A stretch of DNA of 64,000 nucleotides from a virus. Position 1 is the stretch's first letter. Every line of letters begins with the position of its first letter. Made by a program: the position numbers and the translations under genes. The stretch spans positions 32,001 through 96,000 of the IMG/VR virus record IMGVR_UViG_3300013006_000023, one strand, 5' to 3'. This document shows, one piece after another, positions 16,966 through 26,314 of the stretch. The notes under the pieces are model-generated. The model was given only the letters and a program-made list of their open reading frames with translations. It did no database searches and was not told the origin of the DNA.

Positions 16966-17603
16966 TTACAAATTTCGATAAACACATATACAATTCTTTT
17001 CTAAAAGCCTCACGCGCTTCAAAAAATCTGCCTTTCAACTATAGAAAGGACTTTAACAAGCTTGATGACGTAAAATATGTATCTCTTAAAAGATTAAGCT
17101 CTTTTTTTAAAAGGTTTCCAAACATCTCAATGGACGATTTCTTTAGTGCGCCCTACACTCTCTATAAAGATGAGAATTTTTTCCCCATTGAATACTTTAC
17201 AACATTAAAAGCTACAAAAGCCTATACGCTTTTTCAAAAAAATAAAATTAATCAGGATCCCGATTCTGATGAACAGTTGAATAGCATCAAAAACTCTTTA
17301 ATCTTTATTAAGAATTTTTGCAAAGAGAGTAACATAGACATAAAAAACTACATATGCAACAAAACCAACAATCAGCACTCATTTCTACTTCACCTGAGAG
17401 ACCACAAGATAAACTTCTATACATTATTTGGCTTTTCAAATTTTGACACTGTGCTTAAGAGCATTAATCCTGATATTGTCAAATTTACTATTAACGAAGA
17501 TCTTTACAATAAAGTCTCCTTCTTTAGAACCAAGCTGTATAATTCAAAAAAAGCCCTGAACCTTGTCACCCTGGGATTAGATAAAATTACGAAAAAGAGT
17601 TGA
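16962..17603 (+). CDS. Probable gp59-like helicase loader
   Basis: 213 aa, basic and aromatic-rich, immediately upstream of gp32 as in T4; weak sequence resemblance only. Confidence 0.5.
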   Translation: MITNFDKHIYNSFLKASRASKNLPFNYRKDFNKLDDVKYVSLKRLSSFFKRFPNISMDDFFSAPYTLYKDENFFPIEYFTTLKATKAYTLFQKNKINQDPDSDEQLNSIKNSLIFIKNFCKESNIDIKNYICNKTNNQHSFLLHLRDHKINFYTLFGFSNFDTVLKSINPDIVKFTINEDLYNKVSFFRTKLYNSKKALNLVTLGLDKITKKS

Positions 17604-17627
17604 TTTATACATTATATCTGTTATTAT
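17600..17627 (+). promoter_or_regulatory. Sigma70-like early promoter for gp32
   Basis: TTGATT-N16-TATTAT, 6 nt before ATG 17634. Confidence 0.6.
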
Positions 17628-17633
17628 TAGTTT

Positions 17634-18497
17634 ATGAGTACATTTACAACATCCATGTTTGAGAGCATCAAAGGTGCTCTTTCCAAAAATAACGAAAAAT
17701 CATCAGGTGCAAAGGATTTTATCCGCACAGAAGTAGGCAATACATACACTGTAAGATTGCTTCCCAATTTAAAGGACCCTACCAAAACATTTTTACATTA
17801 TTATTCCTATGGCTGGAATAGCTTCGCTACCGGTCAACTCATTACTGCAGTAAGTCCATCCACATGGAACCAGAGGGATCCCATTGCAGAAGAGCGATAT
17901 AAAGTTCTAAGAACAGGTACTGAGAAGGAAAAAGAGAGAGCCAAGGCCATCAACCGCACTGAACGCTGGCTTGTAAATTGTTATGTTGTTAATGATCCAG
18001 TTAATGCTGAGAATAACAACAAGGTAAAGATTCTTCGCTTTGGCCGTCAACTGCATAAAGTAATTATGGAAGCTATTGAGGGTGAAGAAGCATCAGAGCT
18101 TGGTCCAAGAATTTTTGATCTGTCTCCAAAAGGCTGCAATCTTCGCATTAAAGTGGAAAAGCAGGGTGACTATCCAACCTATGTTTCATCTAAGTTTACA
18201 ACACCCAAAGAGCTTGAAAATGTTGATGAGGATAGTTATGATAAGGTTTACAAGAGCTCTTTTGACCTAGAATCGTACGTAACTGCAAAGAGTTATGATG
18301 AGCTCAAGAGTCTCATGGATACACATTATTATGCAACAAAGGATGTCGACGATGAGGGCACAAGCACACCAGTCGTTCATACTGAGGTTAAGGCTTCTGC
18401 TCCAGTTCCCAGTGTTGCACCAACTAAGAGCGTGAAGATCTCCTCTAATAAGACTTCTGAAGATGACTCTATCAATGAGTTGCTCAAAGACCTATAA
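17634..18497 (+). CDS. gp32: gp32 single-stranded DNA-binding protein
   Basis: VRLLP, NCYVVNDPVNAENNNKVKILRFG, FDLSPKGCNLRIKV...YPTYVSSKF, KSYDELK, acidic tail DDSINELLKDL. Confidence 0.92.
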   Translation: MSTFTTSMFESIKGALSKNNEKSSGAKDFIRTEVGNTYTVRLLPNLKDPTKTFLHYYSYGWNSFATGQLITAVSPSTWNQRDPIAEERYKVLRTGTEKEKERAKAINRTERWLVNCYVVNDPVNAENNNKVKILRFGRQLHKVIMEAIEGEEASELGPRIFDLSPKGCNLRIKVEKQGDYPTYVSSKFTTPKELENVDEDSYDKVYKSSFDLESYVTAKSYDELKSLMDTHYYATKDVDDEGTSTPVVHTEVKASAPVPSVAPTKSVKISSNKTSEDDSINELLKDL

Positions 18498-18500
18498 TCA

Positions 18501-18911
18501 ATGGATACATTCCGAGAGCTAACACCTGAAGAAATAAAGTTAACAACTATTCAGTTCATGGGACAGCATCTCATGGGTGAAATGAAAGAGTTGGATAGAA
18601 ACATTATTTCCAAGAGTAATAGTCTCCAGGGATTGACATTAAGACCAGAACAGATTATAGAAAGTGTGGGTGTATCGCCGCAAATAGCTTCTCCTGTCAA
18701 TACTGTTAACCCTGGCATTAACTTGCAGCCAGCTCTTGCTCAGCAGATGCAATTGTCTATCAATAATACTGCAGCAAGCAATGGCACACCCAATGATCCA
18801 AACCAACTTGAGTTTGACTTTAATAACTGTAACTATGCAAAACTAATTTTTGATAAACTTGATTACCTTGATATCAAAATGGATCGACTAATTGAGCTAC
18901 TTAAAAAGTAA
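18501..18911 (+). CDS. Hypothetical protein with DPNQLEFDF motif
   Basis: 136-aa ORF between gp32 and gp45. Confidence 0.7.
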   Translation: MDTFRELTPEEIKLTTIQFMGQHLMGEMKELDRNIISKSNSLQGLTLRPEQIIESVGVSPQIASPVNTVNPGINLQPALAQQMQLSINNTAASNGTPNDPNQLEFDFNNCNYAKLIFDKLDYLDIKMDRLIELLKK

Positions 18912-18940
18912 TTGATTTAGCTTCACTCTTACATTATAAT
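18912..18940 (+). promoter_or_regulatory. Sigma70-like early promoter for gp45
   Basis: TTGATT-N17-TATAAT, 5 nt before ATG 18946. Confidence 0.65.
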
Positions 18941-18945
18941 ATGTT

Positions 18946-19677
18946 ATGAAGCTTTTGATAAGTGATAAAGATAAATTTGTTAATAATTTCTTATCCCCTC
19001 TTAGCCGAGTAGTTGATAGTGCAGTTATTAATATCGACAAAGGAAAAATTTCAACGCTCATTGCAACTAGTGATAATACCGTTATTGTTAGCAGTGTCTT
19101 TAATGATGAAAATATAGACATTAAGAAAACCTTAAATGTACCGGATCTAAAAAAACTTAATCGTGTCATCTCATGCATTGAGCCGTCTGCTTTTGAATTA
19201 GATGTTTCATCTAATTTTATAGGTTATACGTCTAATACAATCAGGTTTAAATACCATTTATATGATGATAATATCATCTCTTCACCAAAAGTGAACATTG
19301 ATAAAATAAATGCATTGGAGTTTGACGGTAAATTTACACTGCTACAAAATACAATTCTTAGTCTCATTAAAGGTAGTACGATTACCACTGAGTCAAATAA
19401 AATATATATTAGCGTTAAAAACAGTTCAGTTCTTGGTGAGCTCACAGATAAGACTCGCCCCAATATCGATTCCTATGGTATTGAGATCTCCAATAATTAT
19501 GAAGGTACACAGTTTGCAGTACCTATACCGTTGAATTTTGAGATATTTAGAATAATATCTTCTATGAAGTTCAAAGACATACAATTCAACCTTATAACAA
19601 AGATGGGGGTGGGTGTACTGGATTTAAATCAAGACAATACTTCGTTTAAATTCATTATATCTGCTCTAACAAACTAA
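18946..19677 (+). CDS. gp45: gp45-like sliding clamp
   Basis: 243 aa two-domain beta/alpha pattern (LNVPDLKKLNRVI, RFKYHLYD...I, final FKFIISA); replication context. Confidence 0.7.
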   Translation: MKLLISDKDKFVNNFLSPLSRVVDSAVINIDKGKISTLIATSDNTVIVSSVFNDENIDIKKTLNVPDLKKLNRVISCIEPSAFELDVSSNFIGYTSNTIRFKYHLYDDNIISSPKVNIDKINALEFDGKFTLLQNTILSLIKGSTITTESNKIYISVKNSSVLGELTDKTRPNIDSYGIEISNNYEGTQFAVPIPLNFEIFRIISSMKFKDIQFNLITKMGVGVLDLNQDNTSFKFIISALTN

Positions 19678-20051
19678 TGAGCAAAAATAAATTAAGAACA
19701 CCTAGTTATTTCATAAAACGTCTAAAAGACAATGGTTTTGTTGTTTTGAAAGTCTTCAATGTGTATGCTAAATCTGATCCTCGCCAGTGGACAATCATAG
19801 TTAATCCAACTGAAGCTTCAGTCTTTATAACTTGTTATTTTAACAAAAGTAATATAAATGAAGTGCTATTTGAGATGAATGATGGCGGCAGACGCATTCA
19901 AAAGAATTTCTATATAGCAACTGATAGCATAGAAGTAATCATCAACTTTTTATTAAAAAGCGGCGTATCCAATGGTGTCGATTACCCAGGACGCAATAGA
20001 TATCTTCGTCAAAGAATAAATAAATATGATGAGCAAAAGCAATCCTCCTGA
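19677..20051 (+). CDS. Hypothetical protein
   Basis: 124-aa ORF, TAATG-coupled to the clamp gene. Confidence 0.7.
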   Translation: MSKNKLRTPSYFIKRLKDNGFVVLKVFNVYAKSDPRQWTIIVNPTEASVFITCYFNKSNINEVLFEMNDGGRRIQKNFYIATDSIEVIINFLLKSGVSNGVDYPGRNRYLRQRINKYDEQKQSS

Positions 20052-20358
20052 TAGCAATCTAAACAATTTTAACCCCAATGAGAACAAGGAGGTTAAAGAG
20101 CTCACTCATAAAGCATTAATTAACTTTTTAAAAGAAGAGATAACTAATAAGCATGCATTAAAGAAGGATCTAGATGCTCTCAATTCTACAATATCAGAAT
20201 ATTTAAATTGTTTTATTCTATTGGGATACAATTGTGATGGTGATCCTGTGCAAACTATTTTTGCACACAATCAGCAGGAAGCTGATTCTCTTGGCACACT
20301 GGTTAATAAGTTTATGTTCAGTACACGCGAAAAAGATGATGATCGTGGAGATTTGTAA
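20029..20358 (+). CDS. Hypothetical late protein (start 20029 or 20026)
   Basis: TAAATA at 20017-20022, 6 nt before ATG 20029. Confidence 0.7.
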   Translation: MSKSNPPDSNLNNFNPNENKEVKELTHKALINFLKEEITNKHALKKDLDALNSTISEYLNCFILLGYNCDGDPVQTIFAHNQQEADSLGTLVNKFMFSTREKDDDRGDL

Positions 20359-20379
20359 AAACTAATATAAACTATATTA

Positions 20380-21264
20380 GTGAAAAACATAATAATTCTT
20401 GGCAAAGGCTTTGTCGGCAACCATATCTTCAATCATTTTAAAGAATGGTTCAACATGCATGCAGTTATAGTTGACAGGAAAGAAGTTGACTATTTCAATG
20501 AAATTGCATTGAAAAAATTTCTAAGGGAGCTTCATTGCTATCCAGAGAATGACATTGTGTTTATTAATTGTTCTGGATACACAGGCAGACCCAATGTTGA
20601 TGCATGTGAGTTGAACAAAGAAATTTGTGTGGAATACAATACTAAATTGCCCATTTTCTTGAGCAACTTCTGCCAAAAATATAAACACTATCTCATCAAT
20701 GTGTCAAGCGGGTGTATTTACAGCGGTTATGAGAAAGACTACACAGAAGATGACGTTCCGAATTTTGGAATGTATTCCAATGTTAGCAGTTTTTATTCTA
20801 AAACAAAACATCTAGCTGAACTGCTCTATACAAAGACACATTCATCAATCCTCAGAATACGTATGCCATTCTGCTCATATTCTTCTGAACGCAATATCAT
20901 TAATAAAATTATAAACTATGATAATCTCATATCTTTCAAAAACAGTTTAACCTCTCTTGATGATTTGTCAGTCTTTATTAACAAATTCATAGTTCACGAA
21001 TTTTACAAGACTAAACCTGATATATACAATGTGGTCAACCCAGGTGGAATTGATGCAAAGGAGATAGTTCAGTTACTTTCAAAAAATAACATCATTAATA
21101 AGAATTGGAAGTTTGTAGATATTGAAAATTTGCAACTCAAAGCAAATCGTTCCAATTGTGTTTTGTCTACTGAAAAAATAGCTGATCTTGGATTAGACCT
21201 GCCCCCTGTGCATGAAACACTGCTGTCTAGTATTGAGAAACTCTCCCATGAAACAGCTGTTTAG
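20380..21264 (+). CDS. NDP-4-keto-6-deoxyglucose 3,5-epimerase/4-reductase (RmlD / NRS-ER/UER1-like; NDP-L-rhamnose synthesis)
   Basis: LGKGFVG Rossmann motif, GYTGRPNVDACE, SSGCIY, FYSKTK (YxxxK), LRIRMP. Confidence 0.85.
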   Translation: MKNIIILGKGFVGNHIFNHFKEWFNMHAVIVDRKEVDYFNEIALKKFLRELHCYPENDIVFINCSGYTGRPNVDACELNKEICVEYNTKLPIFLSNFCQKYKHYLINVSSGCIYSGYEKDYTEDDVPNFGMYSNVSSFYSKTKHLAELLYTKTHSSILRIRMPFCSYSSERNIINKIINYDNLISFKNSLTSLDDLSVFINKFIVHEFYKTKPDIYNVVNPGGIDAKEIVQLLSKNNIINKNWKFVDIENLQLKANRSNCVLSTEKIADLGLDLPPVHETLLSSIEKLSHETAV

Positions 21265-21529
21265 TTTGTTCAGCAAACATCCTCGCGAGCGTCATGTATA
21301 TGCTGTTTGTGGTGGTAAATACTTGGGTGAAATGTTTGTTTTTATGGAAAAACGAGATGCAGAATACTATTTCCTATCATTACCAGACATGCAAATCAGA
21401 CAGGTGCCTATTGAAAAATTCGATACAGGATTAAAGGAAAAGATACTGGATGTTGTCAACAAGCTGCCTGTAGAGATCTATAGTATGTGTCAAAAACAGT
21501 ATAAAACAAATAAGACTATTGATAAATAA
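21248..21529 (+). CDS. Hypothetical protein
   Basis: ORF overlapping the epimerase end; ATG 21248 preferred. Confidence 0.65.
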   Translation: MKQLFSLFSKHPRERHVYAVCGGKYLGEMFVFMEKRDAEYYFLSLPDMQIRQVPIEKFDTGLKEKILDVVNKLPVEIYSMCQKQYKTNKTIDK

Positions 21530-21538
21530 TTAGGGTGG

Positions 21539-21546
21539 TATAAATA
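21539..21546 (+). promoter_or_regulatory. Late promoter TATAAATA
   Basis: Exact consensus, 5 nt before ATG 21552. Confidence 0.7.
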
Positions 21547-21551
21547 GTTCT

Positions 21552-21761
21552 ATGAATTTAATTATTGAAACAACTTTTAGGTCTGAGAAAGATAAGAATA
21601 AGGACGTGGAATCATTTACAGTTCTTTGTGATATTGATGCTATTCAAAATATTATTAATACCAAAGGCGTGGAGGCTGCAAATACTGCGCTGGATTCATA
21701 TGTTGCAAAGTTCACAGAGGATTTCAAGAGAAAGCTTTCCACTGCCTTGAGAAAGGTCTGA
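21552..21761 (+). CDS. Hypothetical late protein
   Basis: 69-aa ORF directly after a late promoter. Confidence 0.7.
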   Translation: MNLIIETTFRSEKDKNKDVESFTVLCDIDAIQNIINTKGVEAANTALDSYVAKFTEDFKRKLSTALRKV

Positions 21762-21762
21762 T

Positions 21763-21948
21763 ATGGATCTTATTGACCCTCGTCCCATCACTTCCCCCAT
21801 TAGTGGACAGCCTGTCAGACCAGTCTTAAAGACCTTTATTCGTGGTAACAAGGAAATAGTTGAAGCGCATTATATTGATCCTGCAAGTGGTGTTTTCATA
21901 CGCAAAGGCCTGGTATCAGTAAAAGATATTGAACCTCCAAAGAAATAA
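21763..21948 (+). CDS. Hypothetical small protein, zinc-ribbon-like without cysteines
   Basis: 61 aa; knuckle-like SPISG and DPASG. Confidence 0.65.
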   Translation: MDLIDPRPITSPISGQPVRPVLKTFIRGNKEIVEAHYIDPASGVFIRKGLVSVKDIEPPKK

Positions 21949-21956
21949 GTTATAAT
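21929..21956 (+). promoter_or_regulatory. Sigma70-like early promoter for primase
   Basis: TTGAAC-N16-TATAAT, 6 nt before GTG 21963. Confidence 0.65.
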
Positions 21957-21962
21957 ATTTTT

Positions 21963-23006
21963 GTGGTTATACCTCAAGAATATATTGTTCAGAAATTCTA
22001 TCAGTATGCAGGTTACCCTAAGTTCAAGAAATTTAGCAACACATACATGGCCGGGTGTCCAATATGCAGAGAAGGAAAATCATGGAACAAAAAACGTAGA
22101 TGCATTTATTTGGTAGATGATAATAAAATTTGCTGTCATAATTGTGGTTGGTATGGTGATACTGTCAAGTGGGTGCAAGAAGTCTCCGGACTTACTTTTG
22201 TGGAAATTATAAATGAATCGAAAAATTATGAGATTTTGCCTCTGGAAGCATTAGCGGACGACCAGAGAAGCGACATTCAAAAACCCATCAAAGTTGAAAG
22301 ACTGCCACTTGAATCAATTGATTTATTTGACAAGATGCAGATTAATTACTATAACAACAATAGGACAGTTAATGATGCACTGCTCTTGTTAGAGAAGAGA
22401 AGAATGATTAACGCTATCAATAGACCCAAATCTTTGTTTCTATCATTGAATGATAAAGTTCATAAGAACAGAATCATAATACCTTTCTATAACGAGGAAA
22501 ATGAGGTCATCTTCTATCAATCAAGAATCATCTATGATAAAGATCTGAGGCTGTATCCCAAATACTTGAGCAAAATAAATGGTGAAAAATCTCTGTACAA
22601 CATTAACAACATAAATGCAGATTTAGAATATATCTTTGTTTTTGAAGGCCCTATTGATGCATTTTTTGTGCGCAATGGCACAGCAATTTCAGGTATTCAA
22701 GAGAATAGCCACACCATGTTTTCTGCATTACAGGAGAATCAGCTGAATTCATTTAAATTTCACAAACGCATTTGGGTGCTGGATAGTCAATATAATGATA
22801 GGGCCAGCAGAAACAAGACTGAGAAGCTCATACAAAATGGTGAAACTGTATTCATATGGCCTGAAAATGACGGCAAAAAATACAAGGATATTAATGATCT
22901 GGTAATAGATAAAAAAATAGATTCAGTGGATCCAAGTTATTTTGTTGAAAATTCCCACAGCGGAATCAAGGCAAAATTATTATTATCTGTCATTAGCAGA
23001 AATTAA
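21963..23006 (+). CDS. gp61: gp61 DNA primase
   Basis: CPICREG...CHNCG zinc finger, RIIIPFY, PKYLS, FEGPIDA TOPRIM, KDIND. Confidence 0.93.
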   Translation: MVIPQEYIVQKFYQYAGYPKFKKFSNTYMAGCPICREGKSWNKKRRCIYLVDDNKICCHNCGWYGDTVKWVQEVSGLTFVEIINESKNYEILPLEALADDQRSDIQKPIKVERLPLESIDLFDKMQINYYNNNRTVNDALLLLEKRRMINAINRPKSLFLSLNDKVHKNRIIIPFYNEENEVIFYQSRIIYDKDLRLYPKYLSKINGEKSLYNINNINADLEYIFVFEGPIDAFFVRNGTAISGIQENSHTMFSALQENQLNSFKFHKRIWVLDSQYNDRASRNKTEKLIQNGETVFIWPENDGKKYKDINDLVIDKKIDSVDPSYFVENSHSGIKAKLLLSVISRN

Positions 23007-23390
23007 GTACCCCTTCATTGATTCACTCAATGAGCTTAATTCTGCGGCCAGCCTGGCAATCTTCTTTTTCTCACTTCTGGCCATGTCCTCAAATATTGAA
23101 TCACAAGGAGCAGCATGCAGCTGCACTTGAATAGAATCAGAATCTGTGCCATTTAAAAATTTAATAAACACATCAATTTGCTCAATCCATCCTCTTAATG
23201 ACTGCAATTGATGTTGCTTGTTTTGATCAACAACTGTCTCTCTGCCTTTAATATCATAGTCTTCAGGTGCTGTGGTTTTTAGAGTTTGCGCCATGGCATT
23301 TCTATCATTTTGTGGAGCTGCTACTGCAGTATCATCCATGTTCTCATCCGCTTCAAGCACTGTATCAAACACCTTATTAAAGAGACTCAT
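22983..23390 (-). CDS. Hypothetical late protein, probable internal head protein
   Basis: TAAATA (23396-23401, -) 5 nt upstream; MSLFNKVFDTVLEAD. Confidence 0.75.
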   Translation of the reverse strand: MSLFNKVFDTVLEADENMDDTAVAAPQNDRNAMAQTLKTTAPEDYDIKGRETVVDQNKQHQLQSLRGWIEQIDVFIKFLNGTDSDSIQVQLHAAPCDSIFEDMARSEKKKIARLAAELSSLSESMKGYLISANDR

Positions 23391-23424
23391 AATATTATTT
23401 ATTCCAAAAAGATTAAATAATTAT

Positions 23425-23787
23425 GTGAAACATACTCTTTTGTTTGATGAAGTGATGCAATATAACAAATGGGTAAGCGGCATTGCATCCAGAGATCTGT
23501 CAACTCAACGTGTCACTCTGAATGACATTTTTGACACCAACAAAAACCCGCAAATTCCAGGTGCCATCAAAGCTGGCAATGATCTGCCATACCCACTTAG
23601 AAACGTTATAAATCAGCTTGGTGATCTGTATGTAAACTCTTCTAATTCAGTGGAGCTCTTCAAGCAATCATTGAACAATCCAAATATTGAGTTCAATGAT
23701 GATGCCAAGGCTTACATCATTTCTGCAATCAAGAAACTCACAGTCATACAAAACTTAATAAAAACTGTTATCAGTGGTAACAAATAG
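23425..23787 (+). CDS. Hypothetical late protein (GTG start 23425, not 23272)
   Basis: TAAATA at 23414-23419, 5 nt before in-frame GTG; the longer track start would overlap the divergent gene. Confidence 0.65.
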   Translation: MKHTLLFDEVMQYNKWVSGIASRDLSTQRVTLNDIFDTNKNPQIPGAIKAGNDLPYPLRNVINQLGDLYVNSSNSVELFKQSLNNPNIEFNDDAKAYIISAIKKLTVIQNLIKTVISGNK

Positions 23788-23788
23788 C

Positions 23789-23817
23789 TTGCTGATATTG
23801 GAATTGTAATATATAAT
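23789..23817 (+). promoter_or_regulatory. Sigma70-like early promoter
   Basis: TTGCTG-N17-TATAAT, 7 nt before ATG 23825. Confidence 0.55.
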
Positions 23818-23824
23818 ACTATAT

Positions 23825-24250
23825 ATGCTCAAAAAGCTATTGAATCAGCTATTCACACTGTGCCTTGTGTCTTTGCTATTTGCCATTATTTTTTATCTGC
23901 TGAAGCTTAATTTTGTTGCAGGCATACTGACAGGTATCGTCTTTCAGTTTACTGGTTTTTACTTGTATTCAACCTTTTTACGAATTTACACCGGTCTTCA
24001 AATAAAAAAAATCGAAAATGAAATGCTCAAGGAGCTGTCTTTTCAAGGTTTGGAAGTGGCATGCCCTTGCTACAAGAAGGTTGTGGAATTTGTACCCATT
24101 AGACTCAATGCAAAGAATTATTACAAATGCACGCAGTGCAACAAGAAAATAAGTGTAATAATTGACGCGGAAACGGCCATTGCAACAGAAGCCATTGAAA
24201 ACCCATCAGCTGTTTTAAATAATCTAAGGATTCCAGATGCAAATTCCTAA
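23825..24250 (+). CDS. Membrane protein (two predicted N-terminal TM helices) with C-terminal zinc ribbon
   Basis: Hydrophobic aa 9-53; CPC...CTQC. Confidence 0.7.
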   Translation: MLKKLLNQLFTLCLVSLLFAIIFYLLKLNFVAGILTGIVFQFTGFYLYSTFLRIYTGLQIKKIENEMLKELSFQGLEVACPCYKKVVEFVPIRLNAKNYYKCTQCNKKISVIIDAETAIATEAIENPSAVLNNLRIPDANS

Positions 24251-24686
24251 AAGCATTGAGAAATTGACAACCAGCATACCGCCCAATAGCATTGACCGTG
24301 CAGTTGAATCTGCAAGCTTGCTTCCAGATGACATTATACTTTTTTTTAAAAAGTATCTGACCATAGCTGACTACCAAAAATTTGAATATGGCTTTGTATC
24401 TCTTAAAAAAGTATCTGATGAAAGAGTTTTCTTCTCCGGTTTAAATAATCTCTTTTATGATGCGTTGAGTGCCTCTATCAAAAATAGCGATGTGTTGGAA
24501 GAACATAAAGAACAAATTACCAGATGCTGCCGCACATTCTTTGAAGCACAAAACACGTCTTTGAATGCATTTCTTGAAGTGATAACTTTTTTTAATAAAA
24601 ATAAGAATCTTCTTGACGTAAAAGATCTTTCATATATTATTATTGGATATGCAATTAGTACCATCAAAAAACTCCATAACAGTTAA
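24237..24686 (+). CDS. Hypothetical protein
   Basis: 149-aa ORF in an overlapping operon. Confidence 0.65.
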   Translation: MQIPKSIEKLTTSIPPNSIDRAVESASLLPDDIILFFKKYLTIADYQKFEYGFVSLKKVSDERVFFSGLNNLFYDALSASIKNSDVLEEHKEQITRCCRTFFEAQNTSLNAFLEVITFFNKNKNLLDVKDLSYIIIGYAISTIKKLHNS

Positions 24687-24975
24687 GACCAATTCAAATA
24701 AAGTTCATGAACTTAAACTTCAAGAATATACCAGGTGGATATGCTTGGTTGAAGCCTTGGATTACATATCAAAAAAAGCAGGCAATTTCAAATGCAATTT
24801 GCAGGACAATGATGACTGGATCAAGCCCTTGGCTTTTCAAAAATATATTGCTGAGAGGTATGAATCCATGCTAGATGAAATTTCATTAAATGAATTCAAT
24901 ACAATGCACACTGTACCACCTAGTTTAAATGAGGAGAATGCATGCACTACATCGTTGGAACCAGCTTCACTATAA
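24649..24975 (+). CDS. Hypothetical protein
   Basis: ORF in an overlapping operon; ATG 24649 preferred. Confidence 0.65.
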   Translation: MQLVPSKNSITVKTNSNKVHELKLQEYTRWICLVEALDYISKKAGNFKCNLQDNDDWIKPLAFQKYIAERYESMLDEISLNEFNTMHTVPPSLNEENACTTSLEPASL

Positions 24976-25211
24976 TACACAACCCTTCATATCAATTGCT
25001 TGATAAAAGGTTCAAATACAATATAAAATATGTATTAACCAACATATCCAAGAAAGATAATAAATTTATCTATACATTTGCATGCATAGATGGTAAAGTG
25101 GCTGCTGAATTTAACAGCATACCAGATGCAGAAAAGTTCATTTCAAATTGCAGAAAAGAAAGAATACCTGTGTATTCTTATGATGAACCTCAACCGCCAT
25201 ATCCGCCATAA
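24942..25211 (+). CDS. Hypothetical protein
   Basis: 89 aa; GAGGAG 5 nt upstream of ATG. Confidence 0.65.
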   Translation: MHYIVGTSFTIIHNPSYQLLDKRFKYNIKYVLTNISKKDNKFIYTFACIDGKVAAEFNSIPDAEKFISNCRKERIPVYSYDEPQPPYPP

Positions 25212-25924
25212 ACATCAGAGTAATTGGTTTGGCTGTAGTCAAACACGCTCTTGGATGCTTCATTGACACTGTAGTTGTAAGGCTTGACTGCACCTGATGC
25301 ATAAGGGCTTTTTGTGTCGTCAAAAACCTGATCATTAACCACTTCACCGCCACTGAGCCCAGGCTCAAATGAATATTCAAACCTCTTGGCTTTAACCAAC
25401 CACACATAGTGTCCCATGAGAGGGTTTATTTGTGCAATATCTTGATCTAGTCGTTGTGTGATTTCATATATGTTGCCTTGTCTGCCACCAGGCCTATCAT
25501 TGCCATATTCAACAAGCTTGAACAGATCACCAGACTTGGGCTCCTGGTTATAACCAAATGCAGTGTAAAATGCGCTTATGTGAATGAATGCGGTGAGCTC
25601 ATCATCTGATACCAATCCAAACTTGCTCAACATTAATGCATTTTCTTGCAAGTTTATTGCCACAGTAATCAATCTTGGTGTAGAATATTGTTGTATTGGA
25701 TCTTCGCCATATAAATTATCTGCAGATAAAACGTTGTAATTGTGTGTATAATACTCGACCTTCTGACCGTACAGATTAATCTGTTCCCTCCAATAATTAG
25801 AAACCGTCATTCGTTCAGCTGAATTGTTATCTTTATCTGTGTATCTAAAACAGTCGTTATCCTTGAAGGCAAAAGGCTGTATGTTTATAGTGTTACTACC
25901 TGTATACTTGTCCTTAGTATTCAT
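25190..25924 (-). CDS. gp14: Neck protein gp14-like
   Basis: EQINLYGQKVEYY...DNLYGEDPIQQY...SKFGLVSDDELT...EPKSGDL...KRFEYS. Confidence 0.8.
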   Translation of the reverse strand: MNTKDKYTGSNTINIQPFAFKDNDCFRYTDKDNNSAERMTVSNYWREQINLYGQKVEYYTHNYNVLSADNLYGEDPIQQYSTPRLITVAINLQENALMLSKFGLVSDDELTAFIHISAFYTAFGYNQEPKSGDLFKLVEYGNDRPGGRQGNIYEITQRLDQDIAQINPLMGHYVWLVKAKRFEYSFEPGLSGGEVVNDQVFDDTKSPYASGAVKPYNYSVNEASKSVFDYSQTNYSDVYGGYGG

Positions 25925-26244
25925 TTCTCTATTATGGCTTTCCTAAAAATTGGGTCAAATTTCAAAACAATGCCTGTATTGCCAAGCTTCTTTGGATTTT
26001 GCGGATCAAATTCCAAGTTGTATTCATTTTGTATTTGTTGTATATCCTGAATATTAAGAATTTGTTTACCACTATCTTGATTCATCAAGGTCTGTACTTT
26101 TTGATTCTTAACTTTAGTTCTTACGTAATCAGGAACCGTTTTACCCGGGGTTTGTGGATGCGATATGGGATCAGGGATTACATCTTTCATGTGCCGATGC
26201 TCCACTCCATACTTTTCGAAAAATTTTAAAAAGGACTCAGCCAT
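25921..26244 (-). CDS. Hypothetical late protein
   Basis: TAAATA (26250-26255, -) 5 nt upstream; MAESFLKFFEKY. Confidence 0.7.
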   Translation of the reverse strand: MAESFLKFFEKYGVEHRHMKDVIPDPISHPQTPGKTVPDYVRTKVKNQKVQTLMNQDSGKQILNIQDIQQIQNEYNLEFDPQNPKKLGNTGIVLKFDPIFRKAIIEK

Positions 26245-26258
26245 GTAGATATTTAAGC

Positions 26259-26295
26259 AAAAAAAAAGGCTTAATTTACATTAAGCCCTTTTTTT
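26259..26295 (-). terminator. Intrinsic terminator, potentially bidirectional
   Basis: A9-GGCTTAAT-ttac-ATTAAGCC-c-T7, just downstream of the 26315..27232 gene. Confidence 0.8.
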
Positions 26296-26314
26296 ACTAT
26301 TTTTGAATTTTTAG

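Noticed and set aside
23785-23910. TAG read-through extending the 23425 ORF
   Set aside because: The downstream open stretch is explained by the next promoter and gene; no other read-through evidence
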